Origin: Gammaproteobacteria bacterium
GTDB taxonomy: Bacteria; Pseudomonadota; Gammaproteobacteria; Xanthomonadales; Xanthomonadaceae
Assembly: GCA_031408815.1 (NCBI GenBank)
Contig: JANNWV010000086.1
Coordinates: 374 to 64,373, forward strand
Direction of reading: 5' to 3'
Length of the DNA stretch: 64,000 nt
Shown here: one piece after another, positions 9,333 through 20,389 of the stretch
How the letters are laid out: every line of letters starts with the position of its first letter
How positions within the stretch are numbered: position 1 is the first letter of the stretch
Notes under the pieces: model-generated
The model's input: only the letters and a program-made list of their open reading frames with translations
What the model was told of the DNA's origin: nothing
The model's database searches: none
Position numbers and translations under genes: made by a program

Positions 9333-10876
9333 TGCGTCGGCCCGAAGAAATTGGAGTCCACCGACTTGCTGGCACTGGCGTCGGTGGCTTCGATCTCGAA
9401 GCGCACCGACTGGATTCCGTGCGTGCCTGCCGGCGCCGAGAGAGTCAGTGGCACGTCCAGCACTTCTTCCGCGTCTGCGGGCACGATGCGGTCGCCGCCG
9501 ACAAGTTCGATGCCGGCTCCAGCGACAACCCGTATCCGGAAGCTCAGGGGTTCGACGGTCTTGTTGATTATCTTCAGCGTGTAGCTGTTTTCCACGCGGC
9601 CGTCGGCGACAACCTGGTAGAGCGCATTCCGATCACGCAGCACCTCGGCGATCATCGGACTGCGATGGGTGACGCCCCACGCCCAGCCGACGCAAAGCGC
9701 CAATAGCAACAAGCCATAGATGACGATCCGCGGACGGATGATCCGCGTGGGCTTGCCGTCGATCGCGTTCTGCGTCGAGTTCCGGATCAGCCCGCGTGGA
9801 TAGCCCATCTTGTCCATCACTTCGTCGCAGGCATCGATGCAGGCGCCGCAGGCGATGCACTCGTATTGCAATCCGTTTCGGATATCGATGCCGGTCGGGC
9901 AGACCTGCACGCAAATCGTGCAATCGATGCAGTCACCCAGTTGCTGGGCTTCGAACAAGGGCAGGGGCTCGGCCTTCAGGCCGGGATCGGCAAACGCCGT
10001 ACCGCCCCGTGCGTGCACCGCGGCGTCTGCGGCGCTCGGATGGTGCGCGGCACGGAACACGTAGTCATAGGCAAGCGCCTGGTCCAACAAGCCACGCCCG
10101 CGCTCGAGCACGCTGCCCAAGCCGCGCTTGCGTGGCCCCCGCGGTTCGCCGCGCATTGCGTCGTAGGCGATGATCAGGGTGTTGCGGTCGAACATCGCAC
10201 TCTGGAATCGCGCATACGGGCACATGTATTTGCACACCTGCTCGCGCAGGAAACCCGCGTTGCCCCAGGTGGCCAATGCATAGAACAACACCCAGAACTG
10301 CTCCCAGCCGCCCCACTCGAGCGGCGAGCGGGCCGCCAGTTGCGTGATCGGGCTGAAAAATCCGACGAAGGTGAATCCCGTCCACAACGCGAATACCAGC
10401 CACAGGAAATGTTTCGAACCCTTGCGCAGGATCTTCTCGCGGTTCCACGGCCCTGCATCGAGCTTCATCCGGCGGCCGCGGTCGCCTTCGGTCCATCGCT
10501 CCATCCACAGGAATACTTCCGTCCAGACCGTCTGCGGACAGGCGTACCCACACCATATCCTGCCGGCCAGCGTAGTGAAGAAGAACAAGGCCATGCCCGC
10601 GATAATCAGCAACATCGCCAGGAAGACGAAATCCTGCGGCCAGAAATTCAGCCCGAAGATGTAGAACTTGCGCGCAGGCAAGTCGAACAGTACGGCCTGT
10701 CGTCCATCCCAGCGCAACCAGGGAAAAGCGTAGAACATGCCGAGCAAAACGAACACGGCGGCAAGGCGAAGGGACTGGAACTTGCCCGACACATCGCGCG
10801 GGTAGATCTTCCGCTCGCTGGCATAGAGGCTGTTGCCGCTCTCGTCGAGCAGCTCCACCGGAATTTTCCTGGCCAT
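9329..10876 (-). CDS. ccoG: cytochrome c oxidase accessory protein CcoG (4Fe-4S ferredoxin-type)
   Basis: 515 aa; CxxCxxCxxxCP clusters (CIDCTICVQVCP, CIACGACIDAC); TM helices. Confidence 0.9.
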   Translation of the reverse strand: MARKIPVELLDESGNSLYASERKIYPRDVSGKFQSLRLAAVFVLLGMFYAFPWLRWDGRQAVLFDLPARKFYIFGLNFWPQDFVFLAMLLIIAGMALFFFTTLAGRIWCGYACPQTVWTEVFLWMERWTEGDRGRRMKLDAGPWNREKILRKGSKHFLWLVFALWTGFTFVGFFSPITQLAARSPLEWGGWEQFWVLFYALATWGNAGFLREQVCKYMCPYARFQSAMFDRNTLIIAYDAMRGEPRGPRKRGLGSVLERGRGLLDQALAYDYVFRAAHHPSAADAAVHARGGTAFADPGLKAEPLPLFEAQQLGDCIDCTICVQVCPTGIDIRNGLQYECIACGACIDACDEVMDKMGYPRGLIRNSTQNAIDGKPTRIIRPRIVIYGLLLLALCVGWAWGVTHRSPMIAEVLRDRNALYQVVADGRVENSYTLKIINKTVEPLSFRIRVVAGAGIELVGGDRIVPADAEEVLDVPLTLSAPAGTHGIQSVRFEIEATDASASKSVDSNFFGPTQ

Positions 10877-10880
10877 TTGG

Positions 10881-11180
10881 TCAGCGCTCCGGGGGAAGCG
10901 GCTTGTTGAAGCGGGCCGCGGGTCGCAAGAGGATCCAGGTGAACAGGCTGGAGCTGGCAGTCGCCAGCCAGAACATGAAGAAACCGATCGTGTAGCCCAG
11001 TTCGCGGGTCAGCTGCAGCCCGGGCCAGGTGATGTCGCGCAACGCCAGCGGATCGACGTAGGCGAAGAACACCATCGTCGACACGCCCGCGGCAAAGAAG
11101 CTCGGCCAGGCGATGGCGCCCAGCCGCTGTGCGATCGAGCGCGGTGGATGGTCGAAGCGTGGCTCGGTGAAGTCAGTCAC
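10881..11180 (-). CDS. small two-TM membrane protein of unknown function inside the cco array
   Basis: 99 aa. GTG start overlaps the ccoP stop (GTGA), and its stop lies 4 nt from the ccoG start. Two hydrophobic helices. No family recognised. Confidence 0.55.
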   Translation of the reverse strand: MTDFTEPRFDHPPRSIAQRLGAIAWPSFFAAGVSTMVFFAYVDPLALRDITWPGLQLTRELGYTIGFFMFWLATASSSLFTWILLRPAARFNKPLPPER

Positions 11181-12139
11181 TTCTCGTCATCCGCTCCGTC
11201 ATCGTCGTCGTCACCCTCATGGAGTTTCGACTTCGGTTGCGACAGCGACCAGGCGTAGGCTGCCACCAGGCGGACCCGGGTCTCACCAAGCAGTTCGCGG
11301 TGCGCAGGCATCACGCCATGGCGTCCTTCATTCAAGGTCTTGTAAAGACTATCGTTTGAATCGCCATACAGCCAGTAAGCGTCGGTGAGGTTGGGCGCGC
11401 CCAGCGCGGGATTGCCCTTGCCTTCGACACCGTGACAGGCCACGCACACGCCTTCATAGAGTGCCTTGCCGCGCGTGGCCACTAAGTCGCCGGTCCGTTC
11501 TGCCTCGGGCTTGGCGAGGCTGCGCACATAGGCAATCACGTAGTCCTGCGCATTCTCGCCACCCATGCCGGTCAGGACCGTTCCCCACGCGGGCATGACG
11601 CCGTCGCGACCATCGAGGATGGTTTGCAAAATCTGGTCCGGTGACCCGCCCCAGTGCCAGATGTTGTCGCTCAGATCCGGAAAACCGACAGCACCATGGC
11701 CCGACGAGCCGTGGCAGGTTGCACAGGTGTTGCCGAAGATCGAACGTCCGAGCTTCAGTGCCGCCGGGTCGCGTGCCAGTAGCTGGATGTCCTTGCCGGT
11801 GAAGTGGCTGAGCGTCTGTTCGACCTTTGCATCGCGGACCTTCTTGTCTTCGGCGTGTTCGCCGGCCGACGTCCAACCCGACGTGCCCTTGAAGGCGCCC
11901 ATTCCAGGGTAATAGATCAGGTAGGCGATGCCGAACACGATGGTGATGTAGAACAGGTTGATCCACCAACGCGGCATCGGCTGGTTGTATTCGGTGATGT
12001 CGCCATCCCAGATATGGCTGGTCTGCGTAGGTGCCGGGTCACCCGGACTGCGCTTGCCGGTCCACCAGATCAGCCACACGCAACCGACGATATTCGAGAC
12101 GACCAGGGCAATGACAAACCACGACCAACCCGCACTCAT
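11177..12139 (-). CDS. ccoP: cbb3-type cytochrome c oxidase subunit III (dihaem c) CcoP
   Basis: 320 aa; two CxxCH motifs (CATCHG, CVACHG); N-terminal TM. Confidence 0.9.
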   Translation of the reverse strand: MSAGWSWFVIALVVSNIVGCVWLIWWTGKRSPGDPAPTQTSHIWDGDITEYNQPMPRWWINLFYITIVFGIAYLIYYPGMGAFKGTSGWTSAGEHAEDKKVRDAKVEQTLSHFTGKDIQLLARDPAALKLGRSIFGNTCATCHGSSGHGAVGFPDLSDNIWHWGGSPDQILQTILDGRDGVMPAWGTVLTGMGGENAQDYVIAYVRSLAKPEAERTGDLVATRGKALYEGVCVACHGVEGKGNPALGAPNLTDAYWLYGDSNDSLYKTLNEGRHGVMPAHRELLGETRVRLVAAYAWSLSQPKSKLHEGDDDDDGADDEK

Positions 12140-12294
12140 GGCTGGGTCTCCTTAGCAACGGGTTCTTGGGAAATTTCGTCGAGCGGCAAGCGGGCCGCTG
12201 CATCGAACTCGGCCTTTCGGCGAGGGCTCCAGGCCCAGATCCAGGCACCGAGGAACAACACCAGCAGGGCGATGGTAATCAGTCCGGAAATCAT
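12136..12294 (-). CDS. ccoQ: cbb3-type oxidase subunit CcoQ
   Basis: 52 aa, single TM (MISGLITIALLVLFLGAWIWAW); lies between ccoO and ccoP; ATGA overlap with ccoP. Confidence 0.6.
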   Translation of the reverse strand: MISGLITIALLVLFLGAWIWAWSPRRKAEFDAAARLPLDEISQEPVAKETQP

Positions 12295-12295
12295 C

Positions 12296-12910
12296 TCAGC
12301 CTCCCCGAGGCGCGTGCTTGCCGAGGCCTTGCAGGTAGGCCACCAAGGCATCCAGTTCAGTCTTGCCAGCCACCGCGTCACGCGCGCCAGCGATATCGGC
12401 ATCGGTGTACGGGTCGCCGAGGCGCTTGAGCGCCTTCAGCTTCTTCGTGACCAGGTCGCCGTCCACGGGTGCCGTCGCCAGCCACGGGAAGCCGGGCATG
12501 TTCGATTCCGGAACCACGTCGCGCGGATTGTTGAGATGCACGCGCTGCCAGTCATCCGAATAACGGCCGCCGACGCGGGCGAGATCCGGCCCGGTCCGCT
12601 TGCTGCCCCACTGGAACGGCCGGTCGTAAACCGACTCGCCGGCGAGCGAGTAATGGCCGTACCGTTCGGTTTCGAAACGCAGCGTGCGCACCATCTGCGA
12701 GTGGCAGTTGTAACAACCTTCGCGGATATAGACGTCGCGGCCCGCCAATTGCAGCGCAGGGTAGGGCGTTACGCCCGGCAAGGGCTGGATGGTCTCGGCC
12801 TGGTACATCAGCGGCACGATCTCGGCCAGGCCGCCGAAGCTGAGCGCGACGGCAATCAACGCCGCCATCAGTCCGACATTGGTTTCAACTTTTTCGTGGG
12901 AATGGCTCAT
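12296..12910 (-). CDS. ccoO: cbb3-type cytochrome c oxidase subunit II CcoO
   Basis: 204 aa; CYNCHSQ haem c motif. Confidence 0.95.
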   Translation of the reverse strand: MSHSHEKVETNVGLMAALIAVALSFGGLAEIVPLMYQAETIQPLPGVTPYPALQLAGRDVYIREGCYNCHSQMVRTLRFETERYGHYSLAGESVYDRPFQWGSKRTGPDLARVGGRYSDDWQRVHLNNPRDVVPESNMPGFPWLATAPVDGDLVTKKLKALKRLGDPYTDADIAGARDAVAGKTELDALVAYLQGLGKHAPRGG

Positions 12911-12919
12911 GGTCAGGTC

Positions 12920-14365
<1,446 letters not shown>

Positions 14366-14420
14366 TGCCTGTCCCTTTTTTGCGCCGCGCGTAGTTTTGA
14401 CGACCCGGGCATTCCGGGAC

Positions 14421-14434
14421 TTGACCTAGATCAA
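14421..14434 (-). promoter_or_regulatory. FNR box upstream of ccoN
   Basis: TTGACCTAGATCAA (core TTGA-N6-TCAA 8/8). Centre is 62.5 nt upstream of the ccoN ATG. AAAACT sits at the -12..-7 position implied by a -41.5 box. Confidence 0.7.
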
Positions 14435-14472
14435 ACGGGGCGAGACAGCGCCTGTCTCCGGAACCCTGGGTT

Positions 14473-15063
14473 CTATTTTCGTGGCGCGAGCGCCTTGCGC
14501 ACGGCGACAAGGAATTCGGGATCAGGCCGGGTGCCGATGGTCTCCGTCCGCGCCAGGATGCGGCCGTCGGCGTCGAGCAGGATCAGCACGCTGGTGTGAT
14601 TGAACTCACCGTCCGCGAGCGCCCGGTACTTCACCCCGAGGACTGCCGCCAGGGAACGAAGGTCCTTGGGCTCCGGGCGCAACAAGGTCCAGCGCTTCGC
14701 GTCGATGCCTCGCTTCTTGACCAGCGCCGTGAGTGCCGCCGGGGAATCGCGCTTGGGGTCGAGGCTGACCATCACCACGCCAAGTCGCGCGCGCTCGGCG
14801 GGAGTCAGCGATCGGTCGATGGCCTTGCCGCTTTCGATGATCAGCGGGCACATATAGGGACAGGAGCTGTAGAACATCGTCGCGATGCGTGGCTGTCCGC
14901 GAAATTCCGACCACTGGCGGGGCCGACCGGAGGCATCCACCAAGGTCGCCTGCAGTTGATAGACGGAGTTGCCGGGCAGGGGCTTTGCGGCAGGGCCGGC
15001 AGTCGCCGTTCCGAATCCGGAAAGGGAGAGCAGCAGCAGGACGAGCCAGGAAAGTCGCTTCAT
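14473..15063 (-). CDS. SCO1/SenC family copper chaperone
   Basis: 196 aa; signal peptide; CPYMCP (CxxxC) thioredoxin-fold motif; 4-nt overlap with nirV. Confidence 0.85.
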   Translation of the reverse strand: MKRLSWLVLLLLSLSGFGTATAGPAAKPLPGNSVYQLQATLVDASGRPRQWSEFRGQPRIATMFYSSCPYMCPLIIESGKAIDRSLTPAERARLGVVMVSLDPKRDSPAALTALVKKRGIDAKRWTLLRPEPKDLRSLAAVLGVKYRALADGEFNHTSVLILLDADGRILARTETIGTRPDPEFLVAVRKALAPRK

Positions 15064-15833
15064 GGCAGCTTGCTCGCGCAGCGAAAGCCGAGGTTGGCCG
15101 TTGCGTCGGCGCCTTCCAGCGACGACAGCATCGCCACCCGCATCAGCACGGCGTAATTCTCACGATCACCCATGGACAGCGAACCGGCGCCGCAGAACTT
15201 TGCCTTGTCGGCATCGCCCTGGTTGCGGTTGTCGCCCGAAATCAGCAGGGCGGAAAAATCATCGGTCCATTCCCAGACCAGGCCATGCATGTCCTGCACG
15301 CCATAAGCGTTGGGGGCCTGCAAGCCCGCACGAGCCAGCGCTTCGTTGGAGGGACGCGAGTACCAGGCGAGGATGCGTTCCCGCCACGCGGGGTCGCTGC
15401 GAGCATCCCGACGTGTTTCATCTGCAGCGGCGGCGTATTCCCATTGTTGCCAGGTGGGAAGGGCGGCGCCCTGCGCCTCGCAGTAGGCACTGGCGGCGAA
15501 CCAGCTGACCCAGGTGACCGGCTGCTCGGCCGTTGCCTTCTTGCCCAGTGCCAGCGGCGTGGACCATTGCGACAGGTATCGGGATTCGGCGAATACCGGC
15601 GCTACGCGGTCGCGGCGCCACTCAGGGTGAGTCTTGACGAAGGCCAGGAACTCGCCGTTCGTTACAGGCCTGCGCATCAGCGAAAAAGGCGCGACCTTTT
15701 GCGCGCCTTTCAAGTCTTCGTACTGCAGCGTCGATTTGAAATTTCCGCCCGGCAGGTCCACATACGCCTTGTCGCTGGCGTAAACACCAGCGACAGGCAA
15801 CAGCAACAGGGCAAGCAGGACACGTTGCTTCAT
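15060..15833 (-). CDS. nirV: formylglycine-generating-enzyme (SUMF1) family protein, NirV-like
   Basis: Signal peptide MKQRVLLALLLLPVAG; motifs RPVTNGEF, GLVWEWTDD, LGFRCA; immediately downstream of nirK, as in other nirK-nirV pairs. Confidence 0.8.
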   Translation of the reverse strand: MKQRVLLALLLLPVAGVYASDKAYVDLPGGNFKSTLQYEDLKGAQKVAPFSLMRRPVTNGEFLAFVKTHPEWRRDRVAPVFAESRYLSQWSTPLALGKKATAEQPVTWVSWFAASAYCEAQGAALPTWQQWEYAAAADETRRDARSDPAWRERILAWYSRPSNEALARAGLQAPNAYGVQDMHGLVWEWTDDFSALLISGDNRNQGDADKAKFCGAGSLSMGDRENYAVLMRVAMLSSLEGADATANLGFRCASKLP

Positions 15834-15843
15834 CAAGTCGATC

Positions 15844-17367
15844 TCAGTGCGCCGCAGCCGGAGCGGCTGGAGCTGCCTTGCGGCGGGCTGCAACGTCGGC
15901 CTTGTCGATGCGGCCACCCGGGTTGCCCCAGCTGTTGAGCACATAGGTACCGATGTTGGCGATCTCGTCGTCGGTCAGCTGCGTCATCGGCGGCATCACC
16001 GAGTTGAAATCCTTGCCGTTGACCGTGACCGGCCCGCTCAGGCCATGCAGCACCACCTCGATGATTTTCTTCGGATCAGCCGCGATGTAGCTCGACTTGG
16101 CCAGCGGTGGGAATACGCCTTCGAGGCCTTCGCCATTGGGCTGGTGGCAAGTCGAACACGTACCCGCGAACAGCGCCTGGCCGGCCTTGATCTGGTCGTC
16201 GACGGTGAGTGCACCCGACTTGGCGGCCGTAGCCGCGCTGGCAACTGCGGCAAGGTTCGGCTGGGCGCGCTCGCCGATGTACATCGCGTCGACTTCCTTG
16301 CCCGAGTAGATGTCCTTGTTCTCCGGACCGTCGGCTTTCAGGATCGCCAGCGCGCCCTTGTTGAAGGCACGGAAGATGGAGTGGTCGACCAGTACATAGC
16401 TTCCCGGGACTTCCATGTGGAATTCCATGATCGCCGCGCCGCCCGAGGGAATGAGCGTGGTCTGCACGTTTTCCTGGTAGCGCGTACCGCCTTCGAACCA
16501 GACCTTGTCGAAGATTTCGCCGATCACGTGGAAGCTCGAAACGAGGTTGGGGCCGCCGTTGCCGACGAACAGGCGCACGTTTTCGCCGACCTTCGCGGTC
16601 AGGGCCTTGTCGCCGGTCATCGAACCTTCCGCACCGTTGAACAGCACATAGGTCGGGTTTTCGTCGATGCCCTTCTGCATGTCGAATGCCTGATGACCCT
16701 TCTCACGATATTTGCCAGCCGTGTAGAAGTCGCCCTGCATCACGTAGTACTCCTTGTCCACCGGCGGCAGGCCTTCCGGCGGCTCGACCAGGATCAGACC
16801 GTACATGCCGTTCGCGACATGCATGCCTACCGGCGCTGTTGCGCAGTGGTAGACGAACAGTCCGGCATTCAGCGCCTTGAAGGTAAATCGACTCACGTGG
16901 CCAGGTGCGGTGAAGCTCGATGCCGCGCCGCCGCCGGGACCTGTCACACCGTGCAGGTCGATGTTGTGGGGCATCTTCGAGTCAGGCATGTTGCGCAGGT
17001 GGAAAACCACCGTGTCGCCTTGCCGTATGCGGATGAAACTTCCTGGAACCGTGCCGCCAAACGTCCAGAAGGTGTAAGTCACTCCCTCGGAAATTTCCAT
17101 TTCCTTCTCGACGACGTTCAACTCCACGATGACTTTTGCGGGTGTCTTGCGGCCCGTTGCCGGCGGGACCATCGGGGGGCTGGTGAGCACTGCCTTGATC
17201 TCGGGACCTTGCGGCGGACCGAAATCGCCCTTGAGCGAGCCACCTGTGTCCTTCTGGATTTCGGCGCTGGCGACCGCGTCGGTCTTGTCGGCGCTTCGAT
17301 CGCAGCCGGCAAGCAGCAATGCTCCGGCAGCAAGTGTTATGGCGAGTAGCTTGGTGACGTGTTTCAT
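15844..17367 (-). CDS. nirK: copper-containing nitrite reductase NirK with C-terminal cytochrome c domain; predicted lipoprotein
   Basis: Start re-picked to MKHVTKLL (CAT 17365-17367, GGGGGA RBS). Lipobox LLAGC. Cu ligand motifs HNIDLHG and [17 protein letters not shown]-terminal CSTCHQ. Confidence 0.9.
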   Translation of the reverse strand: MKHVTKLLAITLAAGALLLAGCDRSADKTDAVASAEIQKDTGGSLKGDFGPPQGPEIKAVLTSPPMVPPATGRKTPAKVIVELNVVEKEMEISEGVTYTFWTFGGTVPGSFIRIRQGDTVVFHLRNMPDSKMPHNIDLHGVTGPGGGAASSFTAPGHVSRFTFKALNAGLFVYHCATAPVGMHVANGMYGLILVEPPEGLPPVDKEYYVMQGDFYTAGKYREKGHQAFDMQKGIDENPTYVLFNGAEGSMTGDKALTAKVGENVRLFVGNGGPNLVSSFHVIGEIFDKVWFEGGTRYQENVQTTLIPSGGAAIMEFHMEVPGSYVLVDHSIFRAFNKGALAILKADGPENKDIYSGKEVDAMYIGERAQPNLAAVASAATAAKSGALTVDDQIKAGQALFAGTCSTCHQPNGEGLEGVFPPLAKSSYIAADPKKIIEVVLHGLSGPVTVNGKDFNSVMPPMTQLTDDEIANIGTYVLNSWGNPGGRIDKADVAARRKAAPAAPAAAH

Positions 17368-17433
17368 TGGCGTTCCCCCTGCATGGACCTGTGTTCGATG
17401 CCAACAGTGTCGGTACTGGGCAGCGTGGCCGCC

Positions 17434-17447
17434 CTGACGCAGGTCAA
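17434..17447 (-). promoter_or_regulatory. degenerate FNR-type box positioned for nirK
   Basis: Plus strand CTGACGCAGGTCAA, gene-sense TTGACCTGCGTCAG (core 7/8). Centre is 73.5 nt upstream of the nirK ATG. GACACT at the implied -12..-7. Confidence 0.4.
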
Positions 17448-17481
17448 GTCCCGCTGAATCGTTGTCGCGCCATCCTTCCTC

Positions 17482-17495
17482 TTGACCCCGATCAA
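17482..17495 (+). promoter_or_regulatory. FNR box positioned for the divergent outer-membrane barrel gene
   Basis: TTGACCCCGATCAA (core 8/8). Centre is 64.5 nt upstream of ATG 17553. AAGACT at the implied -12..-7. Confidence 0.65.
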
Positions 17496-17552
17496 TGCCT
17501 GGCTGGTGGTCGAGGTGAAGACTGGCGACATTCGAAAACGAGGAAACGTCCC

Positions 17553-18728
17553 ATGTCACCTATTGCGATGGTACTGCCGCTGACTTGGGCACTCTCCGCT
17601 GCATCGCCGGCAGCCGCAAGCCCCGTCAGTGTCGAATGGAACCTGCGGTTCAGGCAGGAACAGGTCAGCGATGACGCCTTCGCCCGTGACGCCAGCGCAG
17701 AAACTGCCCGATTGCGGCTCGCCCTGAGGGCCGCGCTCGGCAACGGGGTCTTCGTGCTGTTGGAAGGCGAGGGCATCGCCAGTGCGGGCAATGACTACAA
17801 CAGTGCAGCAAACGGCCGCACGGCTTGGCCCGGCATTGCCGACCCCAAGGGTGCCGAGATCAACCAGGCGCTCATTGGCTGGCGTGGTAGCAAATTTGCC
17901 GCCAGCCTCGGTCGACAGAGGATCAACTGGGACAACCAGCGCTGGGTCGGCAGCGTCGGTTGGCGCCAGAACGAACAGACATTCGATGCTGCATCGATGG
18001 AGTTCAACGCCTCGCCCGACCTGACACTGCGCTATGCCTGGCTGGATCGGGTGCACCGGGTCTCGGGTGATCACGCTATCGATCCGCTTGCGCGCGAGAG
18101 GCAACTCGACTCGCACCTGTTCGACGCGGCTTTCAAGCATGGTCCGCAGCAATGGGCGGCCTATGCTTACCTGCACGACGACCGGGACCTTGCGACGGCG
18201 TCGAGTGCTACCTATGGATTGCGCTGGACGGGTACGACCCATGCGCGCTGGGGCTGGACTGCCGAATTCGCAAAGCAGATCGACCACGCCGCCAATCCTC
18301 TTGGCTTCGCGCACTCCTACTGGCTGGTTGAACCGTCGCTACAAGCGCACGGGATCACCTGGAAGCTGGGGTGGGAGCACCTCGGCGGCGATGGCCACCA
18401 CGCACTGCAAACGCCGCTGGCAACGCTGCACGCGTTCAATGGCTGGGCGGATAAATTCACCACGACGCCAGCTGCGGGCCTGGAGGACAGCTACCTGTCC
18501 GCCTCGGGCAAGGCCGGCAAATTCGCCTGGACCGCAGCCGCGCACGACTACCGAGCGGACCAGGGCGGGCAGCGTTACGGCCAGGAGTTCGATCTGTCGA
18601 TCGGCCGGGCGCTGGGTACGCACTGGAATGGGCTGGTCAAGATTGCCGACTACCGCAGTGACGGGTTTGCGCGCGATACCCGCAAGATCTGGCTGCAGGC
18701 CGAGTACACGGGCAAGCTTCCGCGTTGA
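17553..18728 (+). CDS. putative outer-membrane beta-barrel, alginate-export (AlgE-like) family
   Basis: Start re-picked to [10 protein letters not shown] (AGGAAACG RBS). Signal peptide ending AAS-P. Alternating amphipathic strands rich in W/Y/R ([18 protein letters not shown]). Family call is from memory of Alginate_exp proteins. Confidence 0.5.
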   Translation: MSPIAMVLPLTWALSAASPAAASPVSVEWNLRFRQEQVSDDAFARDASAETARLRLALRAALGNGVFVLLEGEGIASAGNDYNSAANGRTAWPGIADPKGAEINQALIGWRGSKFAASLGRQRINWDNQRWVGSVGWRQNEQTFDAASMEFNASPDLTLRYAWLDRVHRVSGDHAIDPLARERQLDSHLFDAAFKHGPQQWAAYAYLHDDRDLATASSATYGLRWTGTTHARWGWTAEFAKQIDHAANPLGFAHSYWLVEPSLQAHGITWKLGWEHLGGDGHHALQTPLATLHAFNGWADKFTTTPAAGLEDSYLSASGKAGKFAWTAAAHDYRADQGGQRYGQEFDLSIGRALGTHWNGLVKIADYRSDGFARDTRKIWLQAEYTGKLPR

Positions 18729-18749
18729 CGAGTTGGACGAGCTGGCCGG

Positions 18750-19154
18750 TCAGCCGGCCAGCACCGCGAAAATTCCGGTGGGCTGGTGGCTGCGGGCAAC
18801 ACTTGCCATGAAGCCCAGGACCAGCAACGCCAGCACGTAGCAGAGGCGGCGCTGCGCAGGCGTACTGCCGCGCTTCAATGCAAAACTGCCGAGCACGACA
18901 TAGACAGGCAGCAAGAGCAGCTTCACTGTCAGCCAGCCGTTCGCGAACATGGCGCCCGGCAGGATCGTCAGCAGCATCATCGCCGCAGTAAGCAAGATGA
19001 CATCCACCGTGTAGCTAAGGAAGCGCAGCGGCGCTGCCATTGCAAATGACTGCCGGCCAAACTGGACCAGCACGCCGCGAAGCAGGAACAATCCGCCGCT
19101 GCAGATCACGCTGGCGATGTGCACCCATTTGATCTGCGCGTAGAACTCAATCAT
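18750..19154 (-). CDS. SirB2 family membrane protein
   Basis: 134 aa, four TM helices, MIEFYAQIKWVHIASVICSGGLFLLRG typical of the SirB family; start is 1 nt after the nnrS stop. Confidence 0.6.
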   Translation of the reverse strand: MIEFYAQIKWVHIASVICSGGLFLLRGVLVQFGRQSFAMAAPLRFLSYTVDVILLTAAMMLLTILPGAMFANGWLTVKLLLLPVYVVLGSFALKRGSTPAQRRLCYVLALLVLGFMASVARSHQPTGIFAVLAG

Positions 19155-19155
19155 G

Positions 19156-20355
19156 TCAGCCGGGTTTTCCGTCGGCGCGCGCAGCCAGGTAGGTGCGCGC
19201 AAGGCCGAAGACCCATGGCCCGAGTGCGACGATCCAGCCCAGCGCCGCAACGATGTGCCAGGGCAGGGGATCGTGGCTGAACTCTGCGCCGATCCGCGTC
19301 ACCGTGACGACCTGCATAGCGACGAAGGCAAACCAGGCGATCGCCGGCATTTCCAGTGGCCGGCCCGAGTGGCCGCGAGTCACGCGAGTCACCATCGCCA
19401 CCAATACGCTGCCGAAAAATCCGATGAACAGGGCATGCGCCGGGGCGCGACCTAGTTCGAAACTTCCGGTCAGCAGATAGGTGATGCTTTGCGCCGAATA
19501 CAAGGCGAAGGTGATGGGAAGCCACGCCAGCCCGAGGAACAGGGCGCGCAGCAATCCAGGCATCGGCTCGCGTGGCCAGCAGCGCCAGCATACGGTGGCT
19601 GCCAGCGCGAGCAGGCCCAGGTCGGGCGCCCAGAGCCAGCGATAGCCATGCACCAGTTCCAACGCGAGGTGCAACAGGGCGAGTACCCAAAACGTGATGA
19701 GCAAGCTGTTCGGCCGCCACGCAACATATCCGCGCACGACATTGCCCGCAAAGAACGGAAACATCCGATGCGCGACCGTCATGTAGATCGGAAGCAAAAG
19801 TCCGAAAGTGCCGATCTTGATACTCGCGAATTCCCAAAGGGGCGATTGGCCGAATTGATACGCGGCGTGTGCCAGCAGGCCGATCATTCCAATCACCAGT
19901 GCCGCGAAGCATGACCGCGCGTGCCAATTCTTTCCGCGGTCGCGCAGGACAAGCGGGCCGAGTGTTGCCAGCAGCGCTGCCCATCCAGCCAGGGTCATGA
20001 ACAGCCCAACCAGCAAGCCGGAAGGCCAACCCATCGCACCTGCCAGCGTGGCCAACTGTCCGCCGAAAATCCCCAGGCCCACCGGCGCGTAACGCCACAA
20101 GGGCACGTCAGGCAGCGCCATCCATCGAGGAAAGACGGTAAGCAGGAAGCCGGCCATGAAGGACGGCAACACCTGGTACTGCATGACGAAGGCATGCACC
20201 CATCCCGCGACGACCACGGGTGGGGTGGTCGTCAATGGCAGCGCAGGGACCCGTTGCGAAATCAACCAGGCTGCCCACCACGCCATCCCGAGCAACAAGT
20301 TCGTCGCGCCGATGAAGAACAAAAGCCGATGCGGCGCCCATCCCAGGCGCCGCAT
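19156..20355 (-). CDS. nnrS: NnrS family haem/copper membrane protein (NO-stress associated)
   Basis: About 12 TM helices; His-containing VHAFVMQY and FLLTVFPRW motifs. Start chosen at MRRLGW (GGGGAA RBS); alternative ATGs at 20385 and 20397. Confidence 0.8.
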   Translation of the reverse strand: MRRLGWAPHRLLFFIGATNLLLGMAWWAAWLISQRVPALPLTTTPPVVVAGWVHAFVMQYQVLPSFMAGFLLTVFPRWMALPDVPLWRYAPVGLGIFGGQLATLAGAMGWPSGLLVGLFMTLAGWAALLATLGPLVLRDRGKNWHARSCFAALVIGMIGLLAHAAYQFGQSPLWEFASIKIGTFGLLLPIYMTVAHRMFPFFAGNVVRGYVAWRPNSLLITFWVLALLHLALELVHGYRWLWAPDLGLLALAATVCWRCWPREPMPGLLRALFLGLAWLPITFALYSAQSITYLLTGSFELGRAPAHALFIGFFGSVLVAMVTRVTRGHSGRPLEMPAIAWFAFVAMQVVTVTRIGAEFSHDPLPWHIVAALGWIVALGPWVFGLARTYLAARADGKPG

Positions 20356-20389
20356 CGACAGTTCCCCAGCCTCGGTGTTGATCATCGGA

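Noticed and set aside
17368-17559. N-terminal extensions in the ORF track. Examples are nirK to 17559, norB to 22777, rpsA to 48630, cmk to 49375, nirV to 15944, the acyl-CoA reductase to 63312 and the MBL gene to 4799.
   Set aside because: In each case an internal ATG preceded by a Shine-Dalgarno-like sequence gives an N-terminus matching the family (signal peptide, lipobox or conserved first motif). The extension would also run into promoter or intergenic elements.
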